This document shows positions 1 to 12,318 of a DNA stretch of 64,000 nt, one piece after another. Numbering within the stretch: position 1 is the stretch's first letter; the number at the start of each line of letters is the position of its first letter. Both the position numbers and the translations under genes were made by a program. This stretch comes from Eledone cirrhosa (Eukaryota). Location of the stretch: NCBI GenBank assembly GCA_964016885.1, contig OZ024745.1:89776001-89840000 (forward strand). Direction: 5' to 3'. The notes beneath the pieces were generated by a model. The model saw only the letters and a program-made list of their open reading frames with translations, had not been told where the DNA came from and searched no databases.

Positions 1-329
1 TTACCACACACACACTCATCCAAACACACACACACACACCAGTACACTGCACTCCCTCCACCGACCCCCATACCTCCTCTCTCCCTCTCCCCGCTCCTTC
101 CACACCCCTTCACACACACATATACCACTAACACCTCTATTAACACACACAACATCCCCCACATGACCCCTCCACACTCCACCTTTCACACCTACCCATC
201 CTCTCCCCTATCCACCGCACACAGACACACAGTCCTCACCACACTGACCTTCTCCACCTGTCATTCTCCTCTACTGCTATGTCTTCATCCTGCCTTGACC
301 CTCTAATCACTTCCTGTTGCGCGCGTACC

Positions 330-1050
330 TCACATCTCCCCACTTCCGACCACCACAACCAACGGTATAAATACGACCGGGCATTGTTCCAGCTATCCAC
401 TCCATAACATGAAAAATATCCGGCAGCTCTTCGCCTCTCTACGGAACAACCTTAGAAACTTACCCACGGACATACACTGACAATTTTTTTTCGAACCACG
501 CCACCTACACCACGTAAAAACAACAACACACACGCGCGTACCCCCCACATATACACACCCAGCCACCGGAATCCTCGCCCCGCCACCCCTACCCCTCTGA
601 ACCCTCCGGATCCAGACGCAAGCACACACAGACCTACACCCCATCCCACACATTCTCCTGAACATTGAACCTCGTTTTTTCCCCCCAACTCTCAGATTCA
701 CATACACACACACACACAGACACCTACACCTCAGATTCACATACACAAACACCACCTTCAGTCCTCCCCACTCGGACACCCCGCCACCATCTCCCTACTC
801 CATCCACCACCACCCTTACACGCCCCACACCCTTCCACCACTTGTTTACCTTTATGTTTATTTTTATTTTTATTGTACACCTTTTTCCTCCCTTTTCTCT
901 CCCCCTCTTTTTTCTAAATGTCTCTCCACCACTCCCCGAACACACCCTCGGAACTCTCTTCCCACCCACTTTTCTCCAGAGGAAGTGCTTATGCTAGAAA
1001 AGTCCCCCCCCCCCACTCTCAAGAGCGGGAAACTAATAAACCTTTGTTTG
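330..1050 (+). mobile_element. Possible degraded 3' end of a non-LTR retrotransposon
   Basis: One frame near 365-445 reads GINTTGHCSSYPLHNMKNIRQLFASL, loosely resembling a decayed C-terminal CCHC knuckle. It is followed by a C/A-rich UTR-like stretch and AATAAA at about 1036. Weak evidence. Confidence 0.25.
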
Positions 1051-1359
1051 TACTGCCTCTCTGTTATCGTTCCCGTTTCAATTTTCCCTATATATATATA
1101 GTTAAAAGAATAGAGGTGTAGCACGCAAGTTATTATATATTGGTAAACGGAATAGAAAATGCTGACAAATTGTTCACAGTTGAAAAATGGTTTAATTAGG
1201 AATAAAAGAGTATTAGTAATTGTATGGGTTAGTATTCAGTTGTGGTTTTAAGTTTTTAAGTTTTTACCGGTTGCACATTTCTAAATGCTTTTCAAAAATA
1301 ATTTTGAGATAGAGTGTCCGTGTTGTTTGCTCTGATCTGATTAGTTTTGGGAATTCTAC

Positions 1360-1606
1360 CTGTTTTTATGTTAAAAAAGTGGCTCCAGCGCTACTTTGGT
1401 GTTGCAAAAATTCTTGTGGTCAAAACAATTTTGATTGGTCGGTAGAGGTCATGTGAATGTAAAAAATTGATTTTACGCCAAGACTGTTTTTATGTTAAAA
1501 AAGTAGCTCCAGCGCTACTTGGTGTTTGCAAAATTTCTTGCGGTCAAAACAATTTTGATTGGTCGGTAGAGGTCATGTGAATAAAAAATTGGTTTTGCGC
1601 CAAGAT
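1360..1606. repeat. Tandem duplication of a ~124 bp unit
   Basis: CTGTTTTTATGTTAAAAAAGT...CGCCAAGA starts at both 1360 and 1484, with few differences. Confidence 0.9.
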
Positions 1607-1724
1607 TGAGAAATGACTCTTTCACAACAAATATGTGTGTGTGTGTGTGTGTGTGTAGTAGTAGTAAGGTGTTCGATGTTGTGATAATGGTTAGCAGGGA
1701 TGTGTGTCAAATGGCTATTAAGAT

Positions 1725-1837
<113 letters not shown>

Positions 1838-2037
1838 GCAGAGTAATTCGTGGTAGCAGGGATGGTCAGTAAGAATGTGTCTGTTAGCATGTCAAAAGAT
1901 ATTTTTCAGTTTTTGTCTTATACGGAGAAGTGCGTGTGTGTGTATAAGTCTCTTTGTATGTTAATGTACGCGTGTGTATGTGTGTGTGTATATATGTGTG
2001 TGTGTGAGAATGTGTGTGTGTGTGTGTGGGTGGACCA

Positions 2038-2095
2038 GTATTTTTTTCCCCCTGGTAAAATGGTGTACACCATTTTACCAGGGGGAAAAAAATAC
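2038..2095. repeat. Perfect 58-bp palindrome at the 5' truncation point of PLE copy 1
   Basis: GTATTTTTTTCCCCCTGGTAAAATGGTGT|ACACCATTTTACCAGGGGGAAAAAAATAC, with no loop. Homology to PLE copy 2 begins at about 2094. Confidence 0.95.
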
Positions 2096-3208
2096 ATCGT
2101 AGTAAAAACACCCCCACTAGAGAACAGTCAGGAATTAGAGAAAAACACAATGGAAAGCATCCAGCAAATAGCTAACTCCATCCACCAGAGTATTAGTATT
2201 ACTATAGACTACCCAAGCAAACACCCCAACCATCGATTACCTGTACTAGACACAGGGCTCTGGTTAGATACCATTAATAACAAAAAACAAATCCTCCATT
2301 CCCATTATGCCAAACCCATGACTTCCAAATATCTGATCCACCGAAATTCAGCTGTTTCGGACCATACCAAAATCAACATTCTGATTGCGGATTTGGTACG
2401 AGTGATGAGAAACGTGTCCCGCATGTGCAACCCCAAAGAACTAGAGAGACAAATACAACACTTCATCCACCGTATGCAGTTCTCTGGTTACAATCAGAGA
2501 GATAAAATCAGAGTATATAGAGGAGCCAGAACCAAATGGGAAAAAATGGTAAATAATGACACAAATGGGACCTGCCCCTTGTATAAGAGCAAATTTTGGA
2601 ATAGATTAGAAAGAACTAGGAATAAGGCTAATAGAATAAACTCATGGTATGATAGCAATAAATACCAGAGTGTAATGTTCATCGATACAACCCCTAGAGG
2701 TGAATTAGCTTACAAATTTAGAAGGGCCCTAGATAAACATAAACTCAATATTAAGATAGTAGAAAGACCAGGTATCTCCATAAAAACACTTATTAGCAAT
2801 ACATACCCTTTTCAAAGACCTCTCTGTATAGATAAGAAATGTATAATCTGTAAATTAAGCTCCCATATTAACTGTAAAACTAGAGATGTAGTATATAGCA
2901 TAAGATGTACTGAAGGACAATGTAGAGATAAAAATATAGTGTACATAGGTGAGACAGTTCGTAGTATAGGGGAACGGATAAATGAACACTGGCGAGACCT
3001 TCAAGATAGTAAAGAATTATCTGTACTCTACCAACATGCTAAAATAGAACATAAGGGTAAATTAGAGAACATAGAATTAAAAATAGAATCTACACACAGA
3101 AAAGACGCAATGTTTAGACAAATCACAGAGGCAATAAACATAAATGAACTCCAACCAAAATTAAATAGAAAACATGAGTGGAACAGCAACATCACAACTT
3201 ACAATTAA
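2094..3208 (+). pseudogene. Truncated PLE ORF lacking RT motifs A-C
   Basis: Homology starts just after the YVDD motif of copy 2. The N-terminal ~80 aa of the track ORF is (GT)n and palindrome read-through. Confidence 0.88.
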
Positions 3209-3409
3209 GGACAAATGAAAACACACACACGCACATAGAACAAACAACCAACCAGTAACATGTAAATAAACAAATAAGTAAACGAATATAAACACACACA
3301 TACACCCGGATGTAACACATGCGCAAACTAAGCACACAACACACACACAAAAACAAGATGGCGTAGGACAGAACAAAGGAGAGGCACAAAACAAATAAAA
3401 AAATCCCCG

Positions 3410-3452
3410 GTCACTGAAGAGGTCACAGAATGTGTGACGAAAGAACTTTGAC
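3410..3452 (+). ncRNA. Minimal type-I hammerhead ribozyme in PLE 3' UTR
   Basis: GTCA CTGAAGA G GTCACA gaatg TGTGAC GAAA G AA C TT TGAC: stem I GTCA/TGAC, CUGANGA core, 6-bp stem II, GAAA, UH site. Confidence 0.75.
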
Positions 3453-3983
3453 AATATATAAACAATCATCTGGTTGTGGAACCAACCAACCAACCGGAAA
3501 TTTATAAATTCCTAAATTTATAAATTTATTATAATAAATTTAAGTGAAAGCAACTGGTGCGTGTGTTTCTTATTGGCAACATGATCCTCCCAAAGTATAA
3601 CAATATATATATATATAATCGTGTGGGTTGTTGCTGCATCAGGCGTTGCCAAATATAATTCTGTGATGAGATTATTTTAGCATTACTGTCTTTAAAAGAT
3701 TATGTTCCTTTCATTATCGAAATTCAAACGGAGACATAGAAATTTGTATTTTGAATTAACTATTGAAGCAATGTGAAATTTATGAACAGTTGTGTGTCTT
3801 CATACTTACATGTTTATATATGTGTGTGAATATAATATATATAAATATATATCTATATATCTATATCTATCTATATCTATATATATATATATATATATAT
3901 ACATATATATTTATATATATATATGTGTGTATTTTTTAATATATATATGGGTGTGTGTGTATGAACATATATATATGTGTGTG

Positions 3984-4081
<98 letters not shown>

Positions 4082-4707
4082 GCATATATATACTTACATA
4101 TATAGAGACCTAAGCATACACACACATTTCCGTTCTCACTGAGGCACGCACATATATAACGCATTGTTACATATAAACATACAAATCACTGGCGTACACA
4201 AACCCGCGTATATACAAATAGATACATAGAGGCAAAGTCGCAGACACTTTAGTATATTCAAGCATCAGCAGAGAGAAAAATATGGATATATATACATTGC
4301 TGCCTCTATGTGCGTAGCTTCAGTGGCTTATATACTTATAACGCCAAAACACATTGTCTGCGTACATGAGACTGTTTGTACTCGTGTGAGTGTTTTTATA
4401 GATAACTATAAATTTATCACTTCAAAATTCATTGACATAAATCACAATTTTGCATTATGTCTATCTCACGCTTTCTCTCTGTCTCTCTCCATTTCTCTCT
4501 CACACTCTCTCTCTTTTTCACTCTCTCTCCTTCTCTCTCACACTCTCCCACTTTCTTTCAGTTTCTCATACTGTTTCCTTTTTTCTTTCTCTCTATGTCT
4601 CTCTCACACTCTCTATATATGCCATTTAAACGCATATAGGAATTAGTATGTGTGTGTTAGTATGTGTGTGTATGCATATATATATATCTATATATATAGA
4701 GAGAGAG

Positions 4708-5299
4708 AGATAATTTAATATATCTACTAACATAAGCGCACAGATGTACGCTAATGCCAGCAAATACACAGGTTATGTCATAGTACCTAGGTGGTTCAAT
4801 GCAGGAGAATGCAGAACAATAATATATAAGACGTAAAAGAAGAAAATTTCTTAAAAAAATCTTTTTTTTAAATTAACTTACTTACTTAAATTTTCACTCC
4901 AACTAATTAGTTTCTGCAATGGGATAAAGACAGTTACGTAATGAACTGTTGAGAATTTCATTGCGTCATCAGGGAGGTCATTCTCAGCCGAGTCTCCAGG
5001 CGATGCGCGGACACTGGGGACTCATATAAAATTAATAATAATTCGGCAACTGGAACAGCTATCGAGGACTGGATTCCAGCCACTGAAAATTCTCACTGCC
5101 ACTGATCATATGGCCGATTCTAAAGAATCAATCACGTGACACAGAGGCTAGTCAGTAGGAATGGGATGGTAAGATGACAGACGCCTACTAACACCCCCAA
5201 AAAAATTTAGAAGTGGTTTTGGCAGGTTTGCTCGACAAATCAGTGATTTGGAGATAAATATAGATAATTTAATATATCTACTAACATAAGCGCACAGAT
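4708..5299 (-). mobile_element. ORF-less HHR-containing element (retrozyme-like), family A copy 1; 554-bp monomer with 38-bp terminal redundancy
   Basis: 4708-4745 equals 5262-5299. Homologous along its length to 28267-28906. Contains the HHR at 4897-4976. Confidence 0.7.
4897..4976 (-). ncRNA. Type-I hammerhead ribozyme
   Basis: Minus strand: CTCC CTGATGA C GCAATG [loop with ACAGTT/AACTGT hairpin] CATTGC A GAAA C TAATTA G TT GGAG. Confidence 0.8.
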
Positions 5300-5914
5300 A
5301 GAAGGAAGGCAAGAGGGCAGGAGAGGTAAGGGGGACAGAGAAAGAGGATAGCAGTAAGGTGACAGAAAAAATTCGAACCACAGCGAAGGGAAAAAATATA
5401 TGTGAATGAAAAATAGCGTGCTGCGTTGTTGCGAATATGAACATATGAATAAAAATAGACCGAGAAACAAGAATATCCGTCATCAGTAGCCTGCTGATTA
5501 TCATTGGTATTTCTTCACATTAAAGACTAGATACCTAAAATCAGTGCGAGCGATAACTAAATTAAGTTATAGCGTCAGAGGAAAAGAAACAAACAACATG
5601 GTAGTAATGCAACGTAAAGAGAGGAAAAGAGAGACAAGTCATTGAATATTGTAGGCTTAAGTCTGACAAATTAAATGACGAGAAGAAACAGACGCGTCCG
5701 AGCTACGAGAAAAGTGAGAGGAAAGAATATTTCACGCAGGTCAGACGGGAGGAAGTGAGAGAGGCGGAGTAGCAGAGAGTGAGTGAGTGAAATTGTGAGG
5801 AAGGGGCCAGCCGAGAGTGAGTGACCGGCAGCGGGAGTGGATATATATATATATTTTTTTTTTTAGGTATGTATGTATGTATATATAATAATATATGTGT
5901 ATATATTAATTGTT

Positions 5915-6098
5915 TATACTTTTTGGCACAAGGCCAGCAATTACCCAGTACATTACTGGTACTTTATTTTATCGACCCTGTAAGGATGAAAGACAAAGTT
6001 AACCTCGGCGGGATTTGCACTCAGAATGGCAAGGGCCGTAACTCTATGCGTCAAAGCATGGCGTCCGACCCTCTACCGATACTGCCAATTCACCGCCA
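5915..6098 (-). mobile_element. tRNA-derived SINE (family copy)
   Basis: Reverse complement of the family seen at 38028-38215: GGATTGGCAGTATCGGTAG head, GAGTTCAAATCCCGCCGAGG B-box region, GCCTTTCATCC...GTCGATAAAATAAAGTACC core, GGCCTTGTGCCAAAAGT tail. Confidence 0.85.
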
Positions 6099-6109
6099 AT
6101 ATTATATAT

Positions 6110-6664
6110 TACTAGCAGTGGTACCCAGCGTTGCACGGGACAAGCTATTTTGGAACGCGGGCCGCCAACAGACCTAATCGTGGAAAAGCTGCATGCCTGG
6201 ACAATATGTAAAGAAAATAAACCGAATACTCTGATGGCTGGATAATCTTTAAGATTTTCCCCGATGAAGCAGGAAAAAGGCAGGCTTTCACCTAATGCGG
6301 GCCTATGTGCATAATATACCTTGAAATTTCGGAAAAATCGGCTAGACGTAATGCCTCCAAAAAGCTCTAAAAGCTGAAATAATTAAGTTTTTCCCTTAGG
6401 TCATAAAAAAGTTCGATTTTCCTTGCTCATGTTATGAAGAAGAGACTGGCTAATACATAGTTACAATTTCAAGGAAATCGGTATGACGTAACGCCTCAAA
6501 AACCCCCTAAAAAGCTTAAAAAACGCAGTTTTTCACCTACTGCGGGCCCTAGGAGATCAAAAAGTTGAATTGTTATGTGCATAACACTCCCTGAAACATA
6601 AGTAATACACATGTAAAGTTTGAAAACAGTTGGTTGGGTACTTCTCGAGTTTTAGGGATTCAAA

Positions 6665-6741
<77 letters not shown>

Positions 6742-7040
6742 CCTCAAGGAGGTGACGTAATACAGACAGCCAGACATACAAACAGATAGTATAAGGGCGC
6801 GAAGTTATATGTATGTATCTATCTAAAAAGAGAAAGACTAAGAGTTATAGAGAGAGATTGCTAAATCGCCTAATGCGGTTCCTAGGGCATTGAACATTGA
6901 ATTCTTTGGAGTCAGAACACTCCCTGAAACATAAGTATTACATGTGTAAAGTTTGAAAACAGTCGGTTGGGTGGTTCTCGAGTTTTAGGGATTCAAACTC
7001 ACACACACACACAGACATCCTCAGTTTTATATATATAGAC
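6110..7040 (+). mobile_element. Helentron-associated / DINE-1-like non-autonomous element
   Basis: 5' end TACTAGCAGTGGTACCCAGCGTTGCACGGG. Internal direct repeats at about 6535-6670 and 6868-7010. (CA)n tract and 3' end TTTTATATATATAGAC. The termini resemble HINE/DINE-type elements (from recall). Confidence 0.55.
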
Positions 7041-8030
7041 TAGCAGAAAACCACCCGGTGGGCGGTTTTCTGCTAGCAAATCTAGTGTATATACTGATAT
7101 TGTTGAGATTTGGATGAGAAATGCTTTTGGCACCAGATGTTCACCGTATCTCGGTGTCTTTTATGCATGTATAAATATATATTTTATCTATACGGTGAAA
7201 TCTTTGAAATAAATATATGTTAAAACGAATAAGGAGAAAATAAATAACTGGCGGTTAGAAAAAATATTCCTATGAAATTTTAATCATACCATTAGGTGTG
7301 AATAAGGAAATATTTTTTTATTGTCAAAACAAATGCTCAAAAGTTAAACTTCAATTTTTTGAATTATTTTCAATTTTTTCATTAAATTGAACACTGGACA
7401 TTGGCTGCTGGAAATGAAAATTAAATCGTATTTAATTGTATTTAAATTTCTAACCTTATTTTATTATTTATATTTTTTCAATAACAAATATAAAAAAAAC
7501 AACAACAAAAATTAAAGAAAAAATTGAACAAATCAAACGTAGGTTATGGAACTGCGTAATCTGATTAATAAATTACCTCATCAGCAGCAACCTTCTTCAA
7601 ATGGTCCTTATTATCAGCAGCAACAACCACAAATTCAATGGCAACCTTCTTCAAACCACAAGTTCAATGGCAACCTTCTTCAAATGGGCCTTATTATCAG
7701 CAGCAACAACCACAAATTCAATGGCAACCTTCTTCGCATGGTGTCAAGTCAGAACCGCCTCGAACTGGTTACTTCTGGCTTGTGCAAGGTGTCTCTATAG
7801 CAACCAGCGATTCCCTCGGCCTCAGTGACCAAAGTCAGTGGAGAGGGGAAGGTAATATTTCTGTAGCACGTGTTTTAGCGTCTATTCACCCTCTCTCTCT
7901 CCCTCTCTCCCTCCCGCTATCCCCCTCTCGTAGGCTGTCTCTTTCTTTCACTCTCACTCTCTCTCTACGCACGTGTTTCCACTGTCGGACAGACAGACAG
8001 AGAAATTGCTGGTTATATATATAAGTAGAT
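7039..8030 (+). mobile_element. Second DINE/HINE-like element abutting the first
   Basis: Starts ACTAGCAGAAAACCACCCGGTGGGCGGTTTTCTGCTAG (a hairpin). Ends GGACAGACAGACAGAG...TTATATATATAAGTAGAT. Confidence 0.45.
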
Positions 8031-8047
8031 TATATATGTGTATATAA

Positions 8048-8153
8048 TAATTGTTTCTACTTTGGGCAAAAGGCCACCAATTATCCAGTGTATTACTGGT
8101 ACTTTATTTTATCGACCCCTTAAGGATGAAAGGCAAAGTTAACCTCGGCGGGA
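8048..8153 (-). mobile_element. SINE 3' portion (a shorter piece is at about 8817-8890)
   Basis: AATTGTTTCTACTTTGGGCAAAAGGCC...ATCGACCCCTTAAGGATGAAAGGCAAAGTTAACCTCGGCGGGA matches the SINE tail and core. Confidence 0.8.
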
Positions 8154-8332
8154 TATGTGTATATAATAATAACATTAAGAAAGATGCAGATGTTACATAA
8201 ATCGTTTAATCATTAGCATCTTTCTTATTATACTGAATCTCCATCATAACTACAAACTACGAATGTTGAGAGCTTTTTTCCTACTTGCTCCTGTTTTTAC
8301 CAAAACAATCTCTTCGGAACATATATGTATAC

Positions 8333-8370
<38 letters not shown>

Positions 8371-8372
<2 letters not shown>

Positions 8373-8507
8373 CGAAGGAAGTGTGGTAAGGAACGAGGTG
8401 GACAATAACGCACCAGAGTACTCAATACTTAGGGTAGGAGAGTGGAGTCCAGAAATAGCCGTCGAAACGGCTTGAGACTGAAGTCGGGGTCTTGAACATG
8501 TTCCTAT
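8371..8507 (+). repeat. Short dispersed repeat between (TA)n tracts, homologous to 13608-13808 (minus strand)
   Basis: Shares ATAACGCACCAGAGTACTCAATACTTAG and GGAGTCCAGAAATAGCCGTCGAAACGGCTTGA with the reverse complement of the 13.6-13.8 kb segment. Confidence 0.8.
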
Positions 8508-8595
8508 ATATATATATAGTGGAACTAGCTCTATACCGAACTCGTCCTTTGGACTCAGTGCTCTACTTACTACGGATATAACCTCACAGTTTTTA

Positions 8596-8768
<173 letters not shown>

Positions 8769-9000
8769 TTATGTATATATATATATAGTAGAAACACTTA
8801 TGTATTTATAATAATAGAATTGTTTCTACTTTTGGCACAAGGCCACAAATAACACAGTGTATTACTGGTACTTTATTTCATCGACCTCGTATATATATAG
8901 TCCGGAATGCAAAAAACAGACAACGCAGGAATACATATTACATATACTATTAGTTTCACCCTTAGTGAGAATCTGTATGTGCGTGTGTACGTACGTATGC

Positions 9001-9094
<94 letters not shown>

Positions 9095-9668
9095 GTGTGT
9101 GTGTGTATGTATGCATGTATGTATGTATGTATGTATGTATGTATGTATGTATGTATGTATGTACGTATGTATGTATGTATGCATGTATATATATGTGTGT
9201 GTGTATGTACATATACATATATAGGTTTATATATGTAAGTATATGTGTGTGCGTGGTGTGTACGTATGCGATAGTGTATGCATGTATGTGTGTACGTTTA
9301 TATTCCTTCATTTGTGCGTCTCTTTGACATAAATAAAGAGATTAGGAGATATCATTTGACGCGATGCTTGGAAATTGTATGGTAATGAAACGTTGACATA
9401 AGCAACTCTTTATAGGATTTGAGAAAAATACGTGGGAGGTGTGTGTAGGTCTGGCTCCATATAATTATATTTCGGTGTCTATATTTTTCTAAATGCTGAC
9501 GTAAAGGAAACGGTGATTGAAGTTTATATATCGAGAGAGAAAGATATATCTAATTCTCTTTCTTTCTCTCTCCCCGTTTCTCCCTCTCCCTCGCTGTCTT
9601 CCCTTTTCTCTCTCTCTCTCTCATTGATACTTATATATATACACACACACACATACACACACACACAA

Positions 9669-9730
<62 letters not shown>

Positions 9731-9734
<4 letters not shown>

Positions 9735-10409
9735 ATTTAAATGGATACAGTTCAGTTAAAAGGAATTTATTGACATGTGTTTAAATAACAGTTACATAAC
9801 CTGAAAACAGCTGCTATCTACAAAGTATTAGTTATGCAGACATTCAATATTTCAATGTTATTATCAACTGTCATTTCATCAGAATAATTTTATTGAAAAC
9901 CTGTTTGGTTTTTATAGAGAATATTAGGAGGGAGTTGTTAGAAGAATAGTTAAGGGAGTTGTTTTTTGATAGCAGTGAGAATTTTTAGTGGCAGTGAGTA
10001 ATTAGATTCCCATCTGTTGTTTTGACATTTTTATAGAATATATTGTTTGGCGTTGGTTATTTTTCTAAATCTATAGAAGGATTAGAGATAGTATAGATAT
10101 GCATGGTTGGTTTTGTGTTTGTACTTAATTAACATTCAGACTTAAATTTTTCTTTCAAGTGTACGTATCCTTTCGCCCACGCATTCACACACAGACATAT
10201 ATGCACACCTCTACAAAATACATATACTCACATACACATACTTACATGCTCATACTTACATACATATATGCATGCACATATATATATATACATATATATA
10301 CATATATATATGTACATACATACGCATTCATGTGTATACATTTTCATACTCAACTTATCTTTATATACACACGTATAGACACACACATATATACATACAT
10401 ACTCCTGTC

Positions 10410-10458
<49 letters not shown>

Positions 10459-11433
10459 ACTTTAATATATGAATACACATACATCTAACTATACACCTCA
10501 AACATATATATATATTTACTTATTTATATACATTTTCACATATATATACATACATATGGTCGCTTCTAGACACATTCATTATAGCATATTCGCACCTATT
10601 CTCATCAGCATATCTATCCATTATTAGTGTGGTAATTTAAGGTTATTAATATACATATATATGTTGAGAAGAGATTGTTTTTATATTTTTCTAACTAGAT
10701 TGAGGTTTATATAGTTGGGGGGATGTCCCTCTTTTATGTAATATTCAGCTTGTAGTGGGAAAAAAGGGTTTTAGTTCGGGTACGGCATTTATAAGTGTAC
10801 CATTAAATTCGGAGGCAACGAATGGTATTACGTGGGATCAACGGCAACATCGTTTAAATCTCGATTATATAGGCATTCTTACTCAATAAAACACCAGAGC
10901 CAATGAAATGTAACAACTTTAGCAGAAAAGGCTTGGACGCTCAGGGATAGCGATCAAAAGTTTACCCTAAAATGGGAGAAATTAGCTAAAACCCAAAGCT
11001 TTTCCAGGAGCCAAAATTTCTGCAAATTGTGTAATCTTGAGATTTATTACATAATCACACACAAGAAGAAATTGCTTAATAACAGAATTGAACGAACATT
11101 ATTCTGCCGTCACCGAACTAAAACCCTTTTTTCCCACTACAAGCTGAATATTACATAAAAGAGGGACATCCCCCCAACTATATAAACCTCAATCTAGTTA
11201 GAAAAATATAAAAACAATCTCTTCTCAACATATATATGTATATTAATAACCTTAAATTACCACACTAATAATGGATAGATATGCTGATGAGAATAGGTGC
11301 GAATATGCTATAATAAATGTGTCTAAAAGCGACCATATGTATGTATATATATGTGAAAATGTATATAAATAAATAAATATATATATATGTTTGATGTGTA
11401 TAGTTAGATGTATGTGTATTCATGTATTAAAGT

Positions 11434-11492
<59 letters not shown>

Positions 11493-12283
11493 GACAGGAG
11501 TATGTATGTATATATGTGTGTGTCTATACGTGTGTATATAAAGATAAGTTGAGTATGAAAATGTATACACATGAATGCGTATGTATGTACATATATATAT
11601 GTATATATATGTATATATATATATATGTGAATGTATATATGTATGTAAGTATGAGCATGTAAGTATGTGTATGTGAGTATATGTATTTTGTAGAGGTGTG
11701 CATATATATCTCTGTGTGAATGCGTGGGCGAAAGGATACGTACACTTGAAAGAAAAATTTAAGTCTGAATGTTAATTAAGTGCAAACATAAAACCAACCA
11801 TGCATATCTATACTATCTCTAATCCTTCTATAGATTTAGAAAAATAACCAACGCCAAACAATATATTCTATAAAAATGTCAAAACAACAGATGGGAATCT
11901 AATTACTCACTGCCACCAAAAATTCTGACTGCTATCAAAAAACCACTCCCTTAACTATTCTTCTAACAACTCCCTCCTAATATTCTCTATAAAACCCAAA
12001 CAGGTTCTCAATGAAATTATTCTGATGAAATGACAGTTGATAATAACATTGAAATATTGAATGTCTGCATAACTAATACTTTGTAGATAGCAGCTGTTTT
12101 CAGGTTATGTAACTGTTATTGAAACACGTGTCAATAAATTCCTTTTAACTGAACTGTATCCATTTAAATCCTTCTATTTTCTCCGGATTACTTTTGAAAC
12201 TACAACTGGAACCGTCGAGCAAACTCTACGTGAGCTGTCCATCTACTGTGTGTAATATTCATATTACAACACTACGGAAAATA

Positions 12284-12290
<7 letters not shown>
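9731..12290 (+). mobile_element. PLE relic with inverted pseudo-LTR: ~1.06 kb inverted repeat around a GIY-YIG fragment
   Basis: Arms at 9731-10787 and 11105-12173 are near-identical reverse complements. The spacer encodes a GIY-YIG domain. The right arm has a ~115 bp extension. Flanked by (TA)n on both sides. Confidence 0.88.
10784..11158 (+). pseudogene. GIY-YIG endonuclease C-terminus of a second PLE family (missed by the ORF track)
   Basis: Manual translation: GIYKCTIKFGGNEWYYVGSTATSFKSRLYRH...Q*NVTTLAEKAWTLR...KWEKLAK...FCKLCNLEIYYII...LLNNRIERTLFCRHRTK. One in-frame TGA at 10904. Confidence 0.85.

Positions 12291-12318
<28 letters not shown>

Larger units (their letters stand above)
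2094..3604 (+). mobile_element. Penelope-like element copy 1, 5'-truncated (RT thumb, GIY-YIG endonuclease, 3' UTR with hammerhead)
   Basis: ORF 1850..3208 from IVVKTPP onward is nearly identical to the C-terminal part of ORF 39105..41156, including VVY..IRC..C..YIGET..R..EH. The 3' UTR matches 41157-41655 and ends in (TA)n. Confidence 0.93.

Noticed and set aside
10904-10906. In-frame TGA as selenocysteine, as in some Naiad PLEs
   Set aside because: It is not at a conserved Cys position, the copy is truncated, and a point mutation such as CGA to TGA is the simpler explanation. No SECIS was identified.
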